Under the pieces are notes generated by a model. It searched no databases. It was not told the origin of the DNA and was given only the letters and a program-made list of their open reading frames with translations. From Bacteroidales bacterium (GTDB lineage: Bacteria; Bacteroidota; Bacteroidia; Bacteroidales; UBA932): 64,000 bases of DNA. Shown piece by piece: positions 52,379-61,444 of the stretch. Position 1 is the first letter of the stretch. The number at the start of each line of letters is the position of its first letter. The DNA lies in NCBI GenBank assembly GCA_017550025.1, contig JAFYLU010000072.1:1885-65884 (forward strand). The letters are read 5' to 3'. A program made the position numbers and the translations under genes.

Positions 52379-54424
52379 CTAGAATTCTACATCAATGTGA
52401 TCAAGGTAATATGCATTTGTTCTCATAAGAGAAATATATACCTGCTTGTTGCCTGCTGCGACAGGAATAGTCAAGCTATATGAATTATCAGTAACAGCTC
52501 TTCCCACATTGCCATCCTCAGGATAAGCAGCATCTGCTGTTGGAACTGTCCATGTTGAAGGGAATACGCAGTAAACATTATTAGCGTAAATAGCCTTCGC
52601 CTCAGAGAAATGCAGAGTCACTGACTTTATATCATGCTCGAATGAAGGAGTCTTGATATAAGCTCCCTTCTTTCCACGACACTGGAGGAATGTGTTTGCC
52701 TTGTTTCTCGATGCATTCACTGTCCATGTTCCTGAAGCAGACTCGATTGTATAGTCCTGATACGATGTTTCAGAAGATGTCATTGCCGCACAGATCTCTG
52801 CATTTGTAAGAGTAAGAGTTCCCAAAGATGGTGTCTCTGGAGCTGCGTCCGGATCAACAACCGCAACAGTCATCGTATTGATATACTTAGAACTTGACAC
52901 ACCGATGAAGTAACCTCTCACCTTGATCTTTGCACCGTTGACAGCGAGTGGAAATGCAGCAGCATCAATATACTGGAGTGAACCCTGGGCCTTCGACGCA
53001 CCATCAATCTGAACGTTATAGTATGAACCTGATACTGAAAGTGTACCAACATACTCAACATACTCAACTGAAGTCTTTGAAAGCTGAGCGTCCATGCCTG
53101 CGCCATCAAGAACGGTTGGAGCCGGATGATTTACACGGTTACCACTAGAAATCTTCGTAACTTCTGTCGCTGCACCAAACTGAAGCATTCCGCCATAAAC
53201 AGAAGTTGGACCCTTAACATCAATCTTATCACCGACAACCTCTGCCATTGCTGCGTTCTTGTAAACAAGAATATAGCCTGTTCCGTCAGAGATCAATGCA
53301 CCACGGCTGTACTTGGCAACGATCACACCCTCTGCCCAAGCAGATGCGTTTGGACCTGCAGCAATAACCTCAGCAATTGTAGGAGGTGTTGGTGGAATAC
53401 TACCCTTCTGCGATACAGCGTAAACAATTTCAGACTTGTTCTTACCAGAAGCAGAACTGAATGTGATGCCACCCTTTCGTGAAACAAACTCTGCGTTAGG
53501 AGCTACTGAAACTGTAACGATAGCTGTGTCTGCTGGATTAGGTTCGATCTTTGTTGCTGTACCAGGATAAGTCCTTACACCTACAAGCGAGAGCCATGAC
53601 TTAGCATCAGCGGCAACCTCTGGATAAAGGCCGTCACCCTTGAAAGCAAGCTTAACTTCAAACTCGCCACCTTCTGCCTCAAGTGTCTTCTCTTCAGTAA
53701 TAACCTTTACAAGAGACTTCTGGATAGAAAGCACCATTACGTCAACGAGCTCAATTGTTGTGCCGTATGTAGTCTTAGGTCCCTCAACCTCAACAACGTC
53801 ACCTACCTCAAGTCCGAGGCTGGTGAAGTTCTTGGTCTTACCATCCTTATCAAGTGTACCATAAATATAAATCTCGCCAGTAGCATCTTCAAGATTCCAG
53901 TTACCGTAAGTTGTATTTGCAATAGACTTCACAGTACCCTTAACCTTGTATGTCTTACCATCCGGACCAGCGATAACATCCGCACAAGTCGCGGAAACTG
54001 ACTCAAGAGAGCCCTGACGTACACGCACAAACTGTGAATTCACACCAGTCTTGATACAAAGCTCGATTTCACGGCCACCTGACACTGCATCAGCCGAAAA
54101 CACAAGTGTAGTCGAACCTGCATCAGCAGAGAGCTTGTCAACAGAAAGCCATGATGCCTCAACCTTTGACACATAGTAATTACCTGCGTCATCCTTCTTA
54201 CGAGTGATTACATTAGGCCATGCATCCTTTGTATAAAGAGTATCGAATGCCCATGCTTCAGTCGCATTGATTTCGAGTTCAACAGAACCACCCTCCTCAG
54301 GAATAATGAGGTAGGTCTTGTCAAGTTTAATATTATCAAAAGAAGTAGAATACTCCTCCTGTGCGCAGCCTGCAAGCAACAGCACTGACGCAAGAATCAT
54401 TGAGAATAAATATCTAAGTTTCAT
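52379..54424 (-). CDS. BACON + multiple OB-fold-like domain surface lipoprotein
   Basis: Lipobox LAGC; OB-like TYKVKGTV...YGNWNLEDATGEIYIYG...LEVGDVVEVEG; AEGVIVA...ISDGTGYILVY...VGDKIDVKG; YVEYVGTL...NGAKIKVRGY; BACON-like spacers. Confidence 0.72.
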   Translation of the reverse strand: MKLRYLFSMILASVLLLAGCAQEEYSTSFDNIKLDKTYLIIPEEGGSVELEINATEAWAFDTLYTKDAWPNVITRKKDDAGNYYVSKVEASWLSVDKLSADAGSTTLVFSADAVSGGREIELCIKTGVNSQFVRVRQGSLESVSATCADVIAGPDGKTYKVKGTVKSIANTTYGNWNLEDATGEIYIYGTLDKDGKTKNFTSLGLEVGDVVEVEGPKTTYGTTIELVDVMVLSIQKSLVKVITEEKTLEAEGGEFEVKLAFKGDGLYPEVAADAKSWLSLVGVRTYPGTATKIEPNPADTAIVTVSVAPNAEFVSRKGGITFSSASGKNKSEIVYAVSQKGSIPPTPPTIAEVIAAGPNASAWAEGVIVAKYSRGALISDGTGYILVYKNAAMAEVVGDKIDVKGPTSVYGGMLQFGAATEVTKISSGNRVNHPAPTVLDGAGMDAQLSKTSVEYVEYVGTLSVSGSYYNVQIDGASKAQGSLQYIDAAAFPLAVNGAKIKVRGYFIGVSSSKYINTMTVAVVDPDAAPETPSLGTLTLTNAEICAAMTSSETSYQDYTIESASGTWTVNASRNKANTFLQCRGKKGAYIKTPSFEHDIKSVTLHFSEAKAIYANNVYCVFPSTWTVPTADAAYPEDGNVGRAVTDNSYSLTIPVAAGNKQVYISLMRTNAYYLDHIDVEF

Positions 54425-54442
54425 AATCTTCTACAAAATAAA

Positions 54443-57400
54443 TTAGTTGAACATATACTTTATTCCCACTGAAGCATACCAGCACTGACCAATTGCCACA
54501 TTAGGCACAAAAGTCTGTACATTACCGCTAACCTTAGCTGGAGTAGAGAATACAGGATAACCCTCTGCATCCACGTTCTCGAATTTAAGGACACGTCCAC
54601 TGTTAAGATCCGAATTCATATACTTGCTGACACCCCAGCTTGAGTTGAAGAGGTTAAGAATATTCTTGAAGTCAACACTGAGCTGAAGCTTGTTAACTGT
54701 CTTACCAGCCTTAACCTTAAAGTCGTGCTTGTAGCTGAAGTCTACTCTGTGAACCCATGGAGAGTATACGCTGTAAGCCTCTGCATACTTGCCCTGATTC
54801 TTGCTGAGATACTTGTCACCATGTACAAAGTCCATGAAGCGCTTCTCATCGTCTGCTGATGCGAAACGGAACTCACCGTTCTCAACCTGTGCATCAGTAG
54901 GGATATAAAGAGCGTCATAGTTATAACCGTCACCATTCATGTCATTTGCGAGCATATATGAGTAGTTATAGCCACCTCTCCATGCCTCATAGATAAGGCT
55001 GAAGTGGTTATTTGACTTATCGCTGTATGAACCTGAAAGCACGAAACGGTCTGGAGTAACATACTCAGAGTTGTGAAGCTTGATGTTGTTAGGACCCTCA
55101 ACTGTAGGAACATATGTAAATGCTGATTCAGCTGCTGAACCAGGCATACCAGTAAGTTCCTTAGACACAGTGTGAGTATAAGCAGCCATGATGTGGAAGT
55201 TCTCAACTGGAGTCATGTTGACTGTTACGCTACCTGAATAACCGTATCCCTTGTGAGTATTCTCGAGAACGAATGCCTTAGTACCGGTTCTGAATGTAGA
55301 TGGGTACATCGGACGGCTATCAGCACCATTAAGATGAGCAAATCCGTTAACCGGGAGCATACTCCAGTCAGAGATTGTAACACCGTTGATTGTCTTGTTG
55401 TAGATACCCTCAGCAGAGATAGAGAATGGGAATGATGTAGGGAACTTATACTCAAGAGCGAGTGAAGTCTTCCATACCTGTGGCATCTTGAACTTAGGGT
55501 CAACTGCAGAGATTGAAGAAGGTACCGCACCATCCTCCTCTGAAATGGTCTCTGGGTATCCGAGAGCGTGAAGCTTGTCGAGGAGAGCCTGAGTTGTAGC
55601 CTTTCCGTTCTCATCCACTACGAGACCGCCCTTGAATTCATCCATAGAGAATCCCATCTTTTCAGCATTCTTCGCATTGATCTGAGCCTGGTACTGAACC
55701 ATACCTGAGTTTGTAGGCATGTTGGTGAAGAATACGAGTGGGAGACGGCCAGAGAAGAGACCTGTACCACCACGAAGAACAAGGCTTCTGTCCTCGGTAA
55801 TATTCCAGTTGAAACCTACTCTTGGAGAAACTGTAAGGCTTGCAGAAGGCCACTTTCCTGTATCGATGTTGCGCACCTTGCCATCAGCTGTATAATAGTT
55901 GATTGCCTTGATAGCGTTGTTTGTCATGAGGTCGCTGTTATCGAAGAAGAGACCATCGAGACGGAGACCATAAGTGAGCTTGAAAGCCTCATTTACATTC
56001 CACTCATCCTGTCCGTAGATACCAGCCTTGTGGAACTGAACACGTGCAGCAGGATTCTTCTCGCCATCGTATCCGTAAGTAAGACAAACTACTTCAGGAG
56101 CAGCGCCATTGATGAAGTCCTCTACACTCTCATAACGATAGTAACCTGTACCGTTTCTCATATATGCGTTGTCAGCCATCTGATACTCGTAGCTAGCACC
56201 CATAGTAACCTTATGGTTTCCTGCATAATATACGAGGTCATCCTTGATGTTTGCTACAGTATTGTGAACTGCGTTGTTCCAAGTGAAGAGCTCGTATCCG
56301 AGAGCCATGTACTGAGTTGTTGTGCCTGTTCCGTCGAGGATATCAATGAATGGGAACTCCTCTGAATTGGTTCCACGGATATCATCAAGCTTAGAGAATG
56401 TTGCAAGGAACTGGTTTGAAAGATTGTCACTCAAACGACTGTTAAGGTCGAGTGATACAGTATGAACGAGGTTGTTCATAGAGTACATCGAATTAGCGAA
56501 AGCCATAGAGTAGAGTGAAGTACGACCATATGCAGAACGTGTACCACCGTCCATTGACGAAGAGTTAGGAGCACTCCAGTTAGTATTGTTAGTATAGTTA
56601 TAACGGAGAGCAAGACGATGCTTGTCGTTGATATTCCAGTCAATACGAGCAAGAAGCTTCATGTTCTTCTTGTCAGCAGGGAAATCTGTGAAAGATCCTG
56701 TATCATAACCATATTTAGTCTTGACATGATCCTGAACAGCAATCATATCTGCTACAGTAGTATAAGACAGGTACTTGTCGTTTACACCTACACCATCTTC
56801 AGACGCTCTCCAACGAACTGCCACTGAAGGAGTCTGAGAATACTCTGCATTCACGAAGAAGAAGAGCTTGTTCTCAATAATAGGACCACCGAGCGTGAAA
56901 CCGTAGATAGTATTACGGTCACGGTCACGTGCACCTGCTACCTCAACACCTGCAACCTGGTTACCACGCATATTCTCATTACGGTGATATACATAAGCTG
57001 TACCGATAAACTTGTTGGTACCAGACTTTGTAATAGCGTTAACACCACCACCGATGAAGTTTGTCTGACGTACATCGTAAGGAGAGATAACGACCTGCAT
57101 TTCCTCGATAGCATCGATAGAAATCGGGCTTCCGCCTCCAGGAAGACCATCATTAAGACCGAAGTTGTTGTTGAAGTTTGCTCCGTCGACTGTGAAGTTT
57201 GCAGTACGGCCGTCAGCACCAGCGAATGTCATACCATTACCTCCATATGGAGAAAGACGCGTAACATCTGTAATGCTTCTGCTTACAGTAGGGAGTGAAG
57301 TGATCTCCTTACTTGAAATGTTAGTAGCAGAACCCATCTTCTGAGCAGAGAACTTTGAAGCAGCAGCTCCAATCACCATAGCTTCGCCGAGCATTTCAGC

Positions 57401-57739
57401 ATCCTCATTGAGAGTTGCATTCAATGCGAATACCTCAGCAAGCTGAAGAGTAAGATCCGTATAAGTCACAGTCTGATAACCGAGACATGTGAACTCTACT
57501 GAATAAGGACCGCCGGAACGCATACCATTGATGGTATAACGACCTGCCTCATTGGTAGTTACGCCATAGACAGTACCGGAAGGAGTGTGGGTTGCAATCA
57601 CTGCAACACCGATCACTGGCTCACCGTTAGTGCCAACAACGCGTCCGCCCAGAGCAGATGTAGTCACCTGTGCAAAGGCAGCTACGCTCATAAGCATTGC
57701 CGCAAAAGCAGCAATAAAACACTTAATTGTTTGTTTCAT
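54443..57739 (-). CDS. TonB-dependent transporter with N-terminal carboxypeptidase-regulatory-like domain (Oar-like, no SusD partner)
   Basis: QVTTSALGGRV, ATHTPSGTVYG, GGPYSV, NFTVDGANFNNNFGL, PISIDAIEE, PYDVRQTNFIGGGVNAITKSGTN, GFTLGGPII, SPRVGFNW, LRGGTGLFSGR, terminal YMFN. Confidence 0.92.
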   Translation of the reverse strand: MKQTIKCFIAAFAAMLMSVAAFAQVTTSALGGRVVGTNGEPVIGVAVIATHTPSGTVYGVTTNEAGRYTINGMRSGGPYSVEFTCLGYQTVTYTDLTLQLAEVFALNATLNEDAEMLGEAMVIGAAASKFSAQKMGSATNISSKEITSLPTVSRSITDVTRLSPYGGNGMTFAGADGRTANFTVDGANFNNNFGLNDGLPGGGSPISIDAIEEMQVVISPYDVRQTNFIGGGVNAITKSGTNKFIGTAYVYHRNENMRGNQVAGVEVAGARDRDRNTIYGFTLGGPIIENKLFFFVNAEYSQTPSVAVRWRASEDGVGVNDKYLSYTTVADMIAVQDHVKTKYGYDTGSFTDFPADKKNMKLLARIDWNINDKHRLALRYNYTNNTNWSAPNSSSMDGGTRSAYGRTSLYSMAFANSMYSMNNLVHTVSLDLNSRLSDNLSNQFLATFSKLDDIRGTNSEEFPFIDILDGTGTTTQYMALGYELFTWNNAVHNTVANIKDDLVYYAGNHKVTMGASYEYQMADNAYMRNGTGYYRYESVEDFINGAAPEVVCLTYGYDGEKNPAARVQFHKAGIYGQDEWNVNEAFKLTYGLRLDGLFFDNSDLMTNNAIKAINYYTADGKVRNIDTGKWPSASLTVSPRVGFNWNITEDRSLVLRGGTGLFSGRLPLVFFTNMPTNSGMVQYQAQINAKNAEKMGFSMDEFKGGLVVDENGKATTQALLDKLHALGYPETISEEDGAVPSSISAVDPKFKMPQVWKTSLALEYKFPTSFPFSISAEGIYNKTINGVTISDWSMLPVNGFAHLNGADSRPMYPSTFRTGTKAFVLENTHKGYGYSGSVTVNMTPVENFHIMAAYTHTVSKELTGMPGSAAESAFTYVPTVEGPNNIKLHNSEYVTPDRFVLSGSYSDKSNNHFSLIYEAWRGGYNYSYMLANDMNGDGYNYDALYIPTDAQVENGEFRFASADDEKRFMDFVHGDKYLSKNQGKYAEAYSVYSPWVHRVDFSYKHDFKVKAGKTVNKLQLSVDFKNILNLFNSSWGVSKYMNSDLNSGRVLKFENVDAEGYPVFSTPAKVSGNVQTFVPNVAIGQCWYASVGIKYMFN

Positions 57740-57776
57740 AACGTTTTAGTTAATTAAAATAGGATATTTTATCCTG

Positions 57777-57784
57777 CAAAGATA
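57777..57784 (-). promoter_or_regulatory. -7 promoter box for the TonB-dependent transporter
   Basis: TATCTTTG on the minus strand 37 nt before ATG 57739. Confidence 0.7.
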
Positions 57785-57889
57785 AGATATTTTAGTGACT
57801 CCCTCAAATCTTTGAGGCAATTTTAGACACTAAACGACAACTATTCAACTATTTCCGAACATGCCTATTGGTAAATGACAAATTTTGTT

Positions 57890-57897
57890 TATCTTTG
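57890..57897 (+). promoter_or_regulatory. -7 promoter box for the metK transcript
   Basis: TATCTTTG on the + strand, divergent from the transporter promoter; implies a leader of about 480 nt. Confidence 0.65.
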
Positions 57898-57910
57898 CCG
57901 CCCGAAAATG

Positions 57911-57965
57911 AGATGTGGAGAGATTTGGCTGCTTGCAACCACTTGAAAAAATGCTAAAATGTTGA
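57911..57965 (+). ncRNA. Candidate SAM-II-like riboswitch aptamer in the metK leader
   Basis: GTGG-AGAGATTTGGCTGC-TTGCA-A-CCAC-...-GCTAAA carries SAM-II-like blocks (GAUUU, UUGCA, GCUAAA, short P1 GUGG/CCAC) upstream of SAM synthetase. Confidence 0.5.
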
Positions 57966-58022
57966 CTTTCATTCATCATCATGATGATTGTTTTTCATAT
58001 CAATGTTTTGTGTTTTTGTGAC

Positions 58023-58054
58023 GGCTCCGCATTCATGTGGGGCTTTGTTATTTT
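58023..58054 (+). terminator. Terminator-like hairpin within the metK leader
   Basis: GGCTCCGCA-ttca-TGTGGGGCT (9 bp incl. G-U) followed by TTGTTATTTT. Confidence 0.45.
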
Positions 58055-58177
58055 ATGCCAGGGGCGCTGCCCCTTTACACCCCGCGGCCTTTGCGCCTTT
58101 CCGACTTTTGCACGCAAAAGTCACGGCCCGGCCGGTCGTCTGATGACGACTTGTTATGCCAGGGGCGCTGGGCATAA
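58053..58177. repeat. Multi-hairpin REP/MITE-like segment bounded by 17-bp direct repeats
   Basis: TTATGCCAGGGGCGCTG at 58053-69 and 58154-70; internal hairpins GGGGC-gct-GCCCC, GACTTTTGC-ac-GCAAAAGTC, GTCGTC-tgat-GACGAC. Confidence 0.7.
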
Positions 58178-58374
58178 ATGCACGCCCTCGAACAAAGGAA
58201 CTTTATAATACTGAAGTTGAAATAACAGATAACGTTATAGTTTTGAGCGAAGCGATGGCAAGTCCCTTTCCCGAGGAAAGGGATTTAGGGATAGGGTAAC
58301 GTAATATTGTTCATATCCATGCACGCCCTCGAACAAAGGCACTTTATAATACTGAAGTTGAAATAACAGATAAC
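58178..58374 (+). repeat. 56-bp direct repeat (141-bp period) duplicating the metK translation-initiation region
   Basis: ATGCACGCCCTCGAACAAAGG(A/C)ACTTTATAATACTGAAGTTGAAATAACAGATAAC at 58178-58233 and 58319-58374, one mismatch. Confidence 0.92.
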
Positions 58375-58383
58375 ATTACAGAT

Positions 58384-59703
58384 ATGAACTATTTATTTAC
58401 ATCAGAGTCAGTGTCAGAAGGACATCCTGACAAGGTTTCGGACCAGATTTCCGACGCAATTCTTGACGAGTTCCTCCGCCAGGACCCGGAGTCAAAGGTA
58501 GCATGCGAGACATTCTGCAGCACAGGTCTCGTAGTTGTAGGAGGTGAGGTGCGTTCAGAGGACGCATACGTGGACATCCCGAAGACAGTACGCAGAGTAA
58601 TCAAGAAGATCGGCTACAACAAGGCAGAGTACATGTTCGACGGTGACTCATGCGGAATCCTTTCAGCTCTTCATGAGCAGAGTGCTGACATCAACCGCGG
58701 TGTAGTCGGTGAAGATGCAGACGCACAGGGAGCCGGAGACCAGGGAATGATGTTCGGATACGCATGCTGCGACACAGAGGAGTACATGCCTCTTCCGCTC
58801 GCGCTCTCGCACCAGGCACTTCTCATGCTCGCGAAGATCCGCAAGCAGAAGCCGGAGCTCATGCCATATCTCCGTCCGGACTCTAAGTCACAGTTCACGA
58901 TCGAATATGACGGCGACACAAACCAGCCTGTACGTGTACACACAATCGTGATCTCTACCCAGCATGATGAATTCACTCCTGCATCTCTCGGCAATATGAG
59001 CTACGCAGACGGATGCGCGCAGTACGGTCAGAAGAGAGTTGACGAGGAAATGCAGAAGAAGATCCGCGAAGATGTCGAGAACATCCTCCTTCCTATGCTC
59101 ATCGAGACTCTCGCACCGGAGACCGCAGCCCTCTTCAAGGGAGATTACATCCTTCATGTGAATCCTACAGGAAAGTTCGTGATCGGAGGCCCTCATGGCG
59201 ACACAGGACTGACCGGACGCAAGATCATCGTAGACACTTATGGCGGAAAGGGTGCGCACGGTGGCGGAGCTTTTTCAGGCAAGGACCCTTCAAAGGTAGA
59301 CCGTTCTGCAGCATATGCTTCACGATACATTGCAAAGAACATGGTTGCAGCAGGCGTAGCACGCGAAATGCTCGTGCAGGTATCTTACGCAATCGGTGTT
59401 GCCCGTCCGTTGAGCATCTTCGTAAACACTTACGGCACAGCAGCTGAAGGACTCAGCGATGCATTCATCGCACAGAAGATCGAAGAGCTCTTCGACCTCC
59501 GTCCTGCAAAGATCATAGAGAAGTTCGGCCTCAAGATGCCGATCTACGAGCCGACAGCATCTTACGGACATGTGGGCAGAACTCCATACAAGGAATCTGT
59601 GACACTCATAAGAAACGGCGTCAAGACAACAGAGTATGTACAGTTCTTCGGATGGGAGCTCCTTGACTCTGTAGACATGATCAAGGAAGCATTCGGACTG
59701 TAG
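58384..59703 (+). CDS. metK: S-adenosylmethionine synthetase
   Basis: [90 protein letters not shown]. Confidence 0.99.
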   Translation: MNYLFTSESVSEGHPDKVSDQISDAILDEFLRQDPESKVACETFCSTGLVVVGGEVRSEDAYVDIPKTVRRVIKKIGYNKAEYMFDGDSCGILSALHEQSADINRGVVGEDADAQGAGDQGMMFGYACCDTEEYMPLPLALSHQALLMLAKIRKQKPELMPYLRPDSKSQFTIEYDGDTNQPVRVHTIVISTQHDEFTPASLGNMSYADGCAQYGQKRVDEEMQKKIREDVENILLPMLIETLAPETAALFKGDYILHVNPTGKFVIGGPHGDTGLTGRKIIVDTYGGKGAHGGGAFSGKDPSKVDRSAAYASRYIAKNMVAAGVAREMLVQVSYAIGVARPLSIFVNTYGTAAEGLSDAFIAQKIEELFDLRPAKIIEKFGLKMPIYEPTASYGHVGRTPYKESVTLIRNGVKTTEYVQFFGWELLDSVDMIKEAFGL

Positions 59704-59717
59704 GATCTTCTCCATAC

Positions 59718-59816
59718 AAACAGCAGGAACTGTGTTTAAGGCGACATGCCACCCCCGGCCAGGGGGTGCCTCCTGACAAGGAGGCGGGGGTCGTTGGAAC
59801 ACAGTTCCTGCTGTTT
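59718..59816. repeat. 99-nt structured intergenic element, copy 2
   Basis: Perfect 19-bp inverted repeat AAACAGCAGGAACTGTGTT (59718-36 / 59798-816) enclosing the same core as copy 1. Confidence 0.9.
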
Positions 59817-59832
59817 ATATCAATCTATCGCT

Positions 59833-60282
59833 CTATATTCTCTCCATCTCACGTCGTAGATCCTTCTCCTTGATGGAAGCGCGCTTGTCATATTCCTTCT
59901 TACCGCGTGCCAGAGCTATCAGCAGTTTCGCATATCCGTTGTCAGCGATATACAGCTTCACTCCTACAATGGTCAGACCCTTTTCCTTGACAGCTCTCTG
60001 AAGCTTGTTCAGTTCCTTTCGGCTGAGCAGCAGCTTGCGGTCACGACGAGGATCATGCTTTCCCCAGCTTCCCCACCAATAGTCAGCCACATGCATATTC
60101 TTGACATACAGCTCATTACTGTTGAAATAACAGAATGTATCCACCAATGAAGCCTTTCCGGCCCTGATGGATTTGATTTCGGTACCGGTAAGCACAATTC
60201 CTGCCTGGAAGGTCTCAATGAACTCATAGTCAAAGGATGCCCTCCTGTTCTTTATCTCTACGCTGCTCTTTGCCTTCGGCAT
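59833..60282 (-). CDS. smpB: SsrA-binding protein
   Basis: [49 protein letters not shown]. Confidence 0.99.
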   Translation of the reverse strand: MPKAKSSVEIKNRRASFDYEFIETFQAGIVLTGTEIKSIRAGKASLVDTFCYFNSNELYVKNMHVADYWWGSWGKHDPRRDRKLLLSRKELNKLQRAVKEKGLTIVGVKLYIADNGYAKLLIALARGKKEYDKRASIKEKDLRREMERI

Positions 60283-60316
60283 AATCTTTACATTAAATTC
60301 GAATGAAACAGAACTG

Positions 60317-60324
60317 CAAATGTA
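60317..60324 (-). promoter_or_regulatory. -7 promoter box for smpB
   Basis: TACATTTG on the minus strand 34 nt before the ATG. Confidence 0.65.
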
Positions 60325-60399
60325 ATGCTTTTTGAATGATTGTCATATTTCATTCAGCACATTTATGACACCAAGGGTGCCAGATGGGTGTAAAAATGC

Positions 60400-60407
60400 T
60401 ATATTTG
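60400..60407 (+). promoter_or_regulatory. -7 promoter box for miaA
   Basis: TATATTTG 19 nt before ATG 60427. Confidence 0.65.
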
Positions 60408-60426
60408 CATTAACACAAGGCGATCT

Positions 60427-61425
60427 ATGGCAAAAAAATCTTTCACACCGATACCTCCTATGGCTGAACTTCCTCCTGCAGAGGAAATCAATGTACCTGA
60501 GATTCTCGAAAAATATCTCAACGGAGAAATTGACCTTATATGCGTACTGGGACCTACTGCTTCCGGAAAGACCAGATATGCCGTACAGCTTGCCCGTCAG
60601 ATCAACACGATCCTGCAGGCGAATAAAGCCGAAATAATTTCTGCGGATTCCCGTCAGGTCTACCGTGGAATGGACATAGGTACAGGCAAGGATCTCAATG
60701 AATATGAAGAGATTCCGTATCACCTCATGGACATCGTGGATGCCGGCACGAAATACAACATATTCGAATATCAGCGTGACTTCGAGAAGGCATACAAGGA
60801 CATCGTGGACAGAGGATGCATCCCCATCCTTTGCGGAGGCAGCGGACTGTACATCGAGGCTGCGACCTGCGGATATTCTCTTCCGGAAGTGCCGCCTGAC
60901 CCGCAGCTGCGTGAAGAACTCGAGAAGAAGTCAGACGAGGAACTCATCGCACATCTTGCCTCACTCAAGCCACTGCACAACAACACGGACTATGACACAC
61001 GCAAGCGCCTTATCCGTGCCCTCGAAATAGCAATTTACGAAGCGGAACATCCTGTGCAGCGCACAAGCTTCCTTCCGAAGAACACATATTATATCGGCAC
61101 ACTGGTGACTCGCGAAGTCCGTAACGAACGGATTGACAGGAGGTTGGATGCCAGACTTGAGGAAGGAATGGTAAAGGAGATAAGTTCTCTCATTGACGGA
61201 ACTCATCCTGCCCTGGCCCCGGCTCACAAACCTGTTCCGGCAGAGGATCTGATCTATTACGGACTGGAATACAAGTTCGTCACCTTATATCTGACCGGCG
61301 AACTCACATTCGACCAGATGCGGAATCAGCTTGCCACAGCCATACATCAGTTCGCGAAACGCCAGATGACATGGTTCCGTGGTATGGAGCGCAAAGGCAT
61401 ATGTATACATTGGACAAATGTCTGA
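60427..61425 (+). CDS. miaA: tRNA dimethylallyltransferase
   Basis: GPTASGKT, EIISADSRQVYRGMDIGTGK, GGSGLY, IRALEI, YGLEYK, FAKRQMTWFR. Confidence 0.96.
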   Translation: MAKKSFTPIPPMAELPPAEEINVPEILEKYLNGEIDLICVLGPTASGKTRYAVQLARQINTILQANKAEIISADSRQVYRGMDIGTGKDLNEYEEIPYHLMDIVDAGTKYNIFEYQRDFEKAYKDIVDRGCIPILCGGSGLYIEAATCGYSLPEVPPDPQLREELEKKSDEELIAHLASLKPLHNNTDYDTRKRLIRALEIAIYEAEHPVQRTSFLPKNTYYIGTLVTREVRNERIDRRLDARLEEGMVKEISSLIDGTHPALAPAHKPVPAEDLIYYGLEYKFVTLYLTGELTFDQMRNQLATAIHQFAKRQMTWFRGMERKGICIHWTNV

Positions 61426-61444
61426 CACTCAAGCACTCTGACGC

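Noticed and set aside
57738-57750. LacI-operator-like AACGTTTTAG at the transporter start
   Set aside because: Only a half-site match in AT-rich sequence overlapping the start codon; likely chance.
58135-58150. CTGATGA hammerhead-like core
   Set aside because: It sits in a simple hairpin with no stem II-GAAA or cleavage-site arm.
58178-58374. CRISPR array
   Set aside because: Only two 56-bp repeats with an 85-bp gap, no cas genes, and the repeat is the metK initiation region.
59704-59832. Possible tmRNA or tRNA next to smpB
   Set aside because: Too short for tmRNA, no T-arm or acceptor/CCA end and no tag ORF; explained by the 99-nt element.
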